A stretch of DNA of 64,000 bases. Origin: Malacoraja senta. Taxonomy: Eukaryota. A program made the translations under genes and the position numbers. The stretch is from contig CM075990.1 in NCBI GenBank assembly GCA_038087875.1, forward strand, positions 13,022,001-13,086,000, written 5' to 3'. Positions within the stretch are counted from its first letter, which is position 1. Every line of letters begins with the position of its first letter. The notes beneath the pieces are model-generated. The model saw only the letters and a list, made by a program, of their open reading frames with translations, was not told where the DNA came from and made no database searches. This document shows positions 59,196-64,000 of the stretch, piece by piece.

Positions 59196-62100
59196 CTGCA
59201 AAGGCAATTAAAGTACATGTGAAAATGTGGAAACAAGGAACTGAAAATGCTGATTTATAAAACTCTTCAAAATTATGAAAGCTTCTGGTAAGTAAATAAT
59301 GCTAGATTTTTATCGCCATACTGAATTGGTAACAAAGAAATGGAGACTCCTTTGTCATGAGCAGAACGAAGAGGAAGTTAGTCAAAATTCATTTGCGCTA
59401 GATTATTAAAACAAGGAAATGTTTTACACTCGCAGCCTTTGAGATGAAAAGCTTTCTGTACTTTGATGAAGTCATCAATCTGAAACTGTACTGGTTTTTC
59501 TCTCTGCAGTCATTGCCTGACCTATCGAATATTTTCCAAAACTGTTCCCTTGACTTCTTCATTGTAATTCACTGATTTACAAAAACCCAGTTACAAGTTT
59601 TGACTATAAAGCCTCTTTGTAGGGCTATGCGTGTCTTTAATTTACAAAGCTATTTTTTTTTTCCTTTACTGAATAGTGTACCACTCTTCAGATGCAGAAT
59701 CACGCTGTATTGAAACTCTCTACTCATAAGACACCATTTTGTCTACTTTTCATCTCCAGCCTATGTCCACCCATCTGCCAAACAAACCCTCCCTCACTTG
59801 CCAGGCTATGTCCCGTCCCCACCTATTTTCCAGCTTTCTACACCCTACTACAATCAGTCTGAAGAAGAGTCCCTTGCCAAAATGTCACAGATGCTACCTG
59901 ACCCACTGAGTTACTCCAGAACTTTACGTTTTGCTGTATTGAATTGCATTATGCATTTTATACCAGTGTTTTCAATTTACGAAATATTGGTCACTTAAAT
60001 GTTTACATACTTTTGTTTTATAATAGGATTTTTGTACAATTGTTTGAAGCACAAAGAACAGTTTGCTCTCTGCAATAGCATCATTCTATAATGCTACACA
60101 TACATAATTCAATAACATAATAAACACCTGATTATTCATCATATTTCATGCACAGGGCATTTGAACCAAAGTTTATCACAGACTTGGAGGGACATAAAGC
60201 TGTATGTAGATAATGCTGCTCTTATTTCAGGTGCACATGAAGCTATGAGAGCTATGAATGGAACTAAGTATTGTGCCAGCATTACATATTAAACTAATAA
60301 TATCCTGTTGCAGAACATCAGGTGAATAAGATAAACGTCACAATGATCTCTTGTTTAAGCAAGAATATATTCCTTTAAATTGTACCAAACACTCTGGCTT
60401 GTATCTCACAGGCGGATGAACTTCTGTCGCTAAATTAAAACTTCATGAGGAAAGAGAGTTTAAATTTTTGCTCTATTTTAAAAGCAAACGGACCAACAAT
60501 TGGACAGCATCTTTAGGCCGCATATAACAGTTGAGGCATGGTGGGCCAATGTACATTTTGATTGGAGTCACACCATTATAAAATTTGTGGTGCATGATAC
60601 CCACTGAAAGGTCCTTCCATTGTCAACTTTATTGATAGAAATCACGCAATTCTGAGCTGTGTTGGATCAAGCCAAGATAATGTTGGTTGTGGGGCTGTAC
60701 GGAGTAGGATAGTGGTGGGGGAAGAATGGGGCTGGAGATGATGCTGGGAAGTGGGGGGTGGGGAGGAGAAAGGTTGGGGTCATTTAGATAGAGATGAGGG
60801 CTTGGTGCGAGAAGTGAGCAGTGCGATAGTGCGAGAGCCAATGTGGGAGGTCAGGGGAGTTGGGTGGAGGAAGGTTGTCAGGTACAGGTTGATGCAGGGA
60901 ATCGAGTGTATAGGAAGGAGGCGGTGAGGATTCGTATGGCCAAGTGGGGAATCTGGGGTTTCAAGTCAGTGCTGCCAACACGGTTTGGGTATTTCACTTA
61001 AATCCTGCAGGCAGTGCATGACCAGAAACAGGCTCCATTTCTTGGACCAGTCCAGACAGATCCCCTGTAAATAATGACAAACCTGCCCTTAACTTATGTG
61101 ACAGTCTTGGCGAGAAACCCTCTCTCACGCACACAATAGTCATTGTCGCCCATGGACCAAGCACGCTTTGACCCAAATCACAGCCGTGGTTGCTGCTGTG
61201 CATGCCTGGGCTCCTCTGTGTGTTGGAGCATCAGAATCACAGAAGGAAAACCTTGGGCTTTGTGGGACTGCCAGCACGTTCACAACTAATCTCTCCAATT
61301 AATTTTTTACATTGAAATTTAATCACGCGGCACATAAAAATATTATGACACCTGACCTTCTTTCTTGGAAAATACATTTACCCAATCCATATTTAGTCAT
61401 ATAAGGCAACAGGAGGGAGTGGGGGAGGGGGGTGCGGTTAACTAAGTACAGTTGTTTCTCTATTGTGGTGCAAGGGCCACCATAGAGATTAAATCAAGAT
61501 CTAACCATTTAACAGCACATCCATTCAGCATATCTCTGAAGTCTCTACAGTGGGAAAAAACTCAATTCCCTCCTGATACAAAACGTGAGATCAGAAAAGT
61601 GGGTCCGAAATTACAGTAAAGTAATCCCAAAAGAAATTAAAAATGGAATTGTCTTTAAAATTCTGCTCTGGGGTTTGCACTACAATTTACACTCAGTTCT
61701 CAAGCGATACGCTTGGAAGTTAGAATATACTTTAGGTTTATTTTATTACCTGTCCAATCATCATCTGGTCACCTGTACCAATCATCATCATCGTTGAAAA
61801 CATCAACGGGCACGGTGCCTGACAATGCTATGTATGACAGTGATCGCAACTTCTACTGAAGTGTGGATGGCCGTTGGCTCGCTAGGAGCTCATCCGCCCT
61901 TTGACAGGTCTTGGTTTTGGTCCTGCTGGGGGTCCACAGCCCTCTCCTCACCTGGCAAACCAGGTGGGGGAGACGGTTTAGTCGCCGACTATCCGACCAT
62001 GTAGCAGGTAGCACGTGATTACATGGTACCCGTGGCAGGGGGAACCCCCCCCCCCCCCAGACCTGACCTAGGTACCAAGGTACAGTGAAAAGTTTGTTTT

Positions 62101-63067
62101 GCATGTTATCCAAACATAGTTACAATTAGTTCAAACTCAACTATAGTAGATAGAGCAATGGGGAAGACACAGAGTGCAGAATATAGTTATCAGCATTGTA
62201 GCCCATGAGTTCCTAAGACAAAGTCCATTGTCCTTAATGGGGTAGATGTGAATCGAACAGTATCCTAGCTTACGGAAGGACCGTTTGAAACCTGATAACG
62301 GTGGGGAAGATATAAGTAGCTCAAAATACTTTCTAAAAACTGTTGGTAGATGAAAAATGCTGGGGAAACTCAGCAGGTGAGGCGTTCGGGTCGAGACCCG
62401 AAACGTCACCTATTCCTTCTCTCCATAGATGCTGCCTCACCCGCTGAGTTTCCCCAGCATTTTTCGTCTACCTTCAATTTTTCCAGCATCTGCAGTTCTT
62501 TCTTAAGCATTTCTTCTAAAAACTGTTACAAATTTGTGAATGTAACTAACACAGTGGAGCAGAATAATCCAAACATTTCACAACAATTGACTTCTGACAA
62601 GTGGCCACATCTCCATATTTAAGGATTGTTTAAATTTGTGTGTTGCCCACCTTAAGGTTAGCAGCACAGTGGCTCAGCTGGTAGAGCAGCTGCCTCACAG
62701 TGCCAGAGACCTGGGTTTGATCCTGACCTCGGTTGCTGTCTATGCGGAGTTTGCACGTTCTCCCTGCGACAACGTGGGTTTCCTCCGGGCGCTCCAGATT
62801 CCTCCCACATCCCAAAGATATGGGAGTTTGTCGGTTAACTAGCCTCTGTAAATTGCCCCAAGTGTAAGGGGAGTGGATGAGAAAGTGGATTAACATAGAA
62901 CTACTAGTGTAATCAATGGTCGGCGTGGACTCGGTAGACCTCAGGGCCTGTTTCTATGTTGTATCTTTCAAATTAAAACCAAAATTAAAAACTAAAATCA
63001 AAGAAAGACACAAAATGCTGGGTTAACTCAGTGGTCCAGATAGCATATCTACAAAGGCTGCTACTTA

Positions 63068-64000
63068 CAGTGCCCTCCATAATGTTTGGGACAAAGACCC
63101 ATCATTTATTTATTTGCCTCTGTACTCCACAATTTCAGATTTGTAATAGAAAAAATCACATGTGGTTAAAGTGCACATTATCAAATTTTATTAAGGGGTA
63201 TTTTTATACATTTTGATTTCACTATGTAGACAGCTGTGTTTATACATAGTCCCCCCATTTCAGGGCACCATAATGTTTGGGACACATGGCTTCACAGGCG
63301 TTTGTAAATGCTCAGGTATGTTTAATTGCCTCCTTCATGCAGGTATAAGAGAGCTTCCACCAGTCCTTCCATCAAATTTGAAAAATTGTATTGCTGTTTA
63401 TCAACATGAGGATCAAAGTTGTGCCAATGAAAGTCAAAGAAGCCATTATGAGACTGAGAAACAAGAATAAAACTGTTAGAAACATCAGCCAAACCTTAGG
63501 CTTACCAAAATCTACTGTTTGGAATATCATTAAGAAGAAAGAGAGCACTGGTGAGCTTACTAATTGCAAAGGGACTGGCAGGCCAAGGAGGACCTCCACA
63601 GCTGATGACAGAAGAATTCTCTCTATAATAAAGTTTAAAAAAAAAAACACCTGTCTGACAGATCAGAAACACTCTTCAGGAGTCAGGTGTGGATTTGTCA
63701 ATGACCACTGTCCGCAGAAGGCTTCTTGAACAGAAATACAGAGGCCACACTGCAAGATGCAAACCACTGGTTAGCCACAAAAATAGATGGCCAGGTTACA
63801 ATTTGCCAAGAAGTACTTAAAAGAGCAACCACAGTTCTGCAAAAAGGTCTTGTGGACAGATGAGATGAAGATGAACTTATATTAGAGTGCAGGCAAGAGC
63901 AAAGTATGGAGGAGAGAAGGAACTGCCCAAGATCCAAAGCATACCACCTCATCTGTGAAACACGGTGGTGAGGGTGTTATGGCCTGGGCATGTATGGCTA
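63068..64000 (+). mobile_element. Tc1-family DNA transposon, left part with decayed transposase
   Basis: TA followed by a CAGTG terminus. Inner direct repeat ccataatgtttgggaca near 63268 (IR/DR layout). ORF from 63406 has an HTH region and GRPR, later WTDE and VKHGG.GVM. Frameshifted. Confidence 0.9.

Overview
This is vertebrate genomic DNA, almost certainly from a cartilaginous fish (probably a skate or ray), judged by HE1-type V-SINEs, HER1/CR1 LINE pieces, Rex1/Babar tails and very abundant Penelope-derived repeats. Three spliced genes were reconstructed by hand, with GT-AG junctions and matching phases. ASCC1 is on the minus strand (first five coding exons at 29627-19813; the rest were not found). 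ANAPC16 is on the plus strand (complete, three coding exons, 34330-38240, 127 aa), head-to-head with ASCC1 across a CpG island. DNAJB12 is on the minus strand (coding exons 2-8, 59195-40291; exon 1 was not found and probably lies beyond the window). DDIT4, which sits between ANAPC16 and DNAJB12 in human, is not there. DNAJB12 intron 3 holds a nearly intact HERO-type non-LTR retrotransposon (RT plus restriction-like endonuclease) with one frameshift. An internally deleted HERO-like element of a different family lies at about 650-1187. The main finding is that the 3' UTRs of both HERO elements can fold into the same RNA structure. It contains the hammerhead ribozyme core (CUGANGA, GAAA, GUH) in a non-standard pseudoknotted strand order, closed by a kink-turn, with compensatory base changes between the two copies. 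The window also has a Tc1 remnant, two MITEs and a 200-N assembly gap. All calls are from reading the sequence; no database searches or folding software were run.
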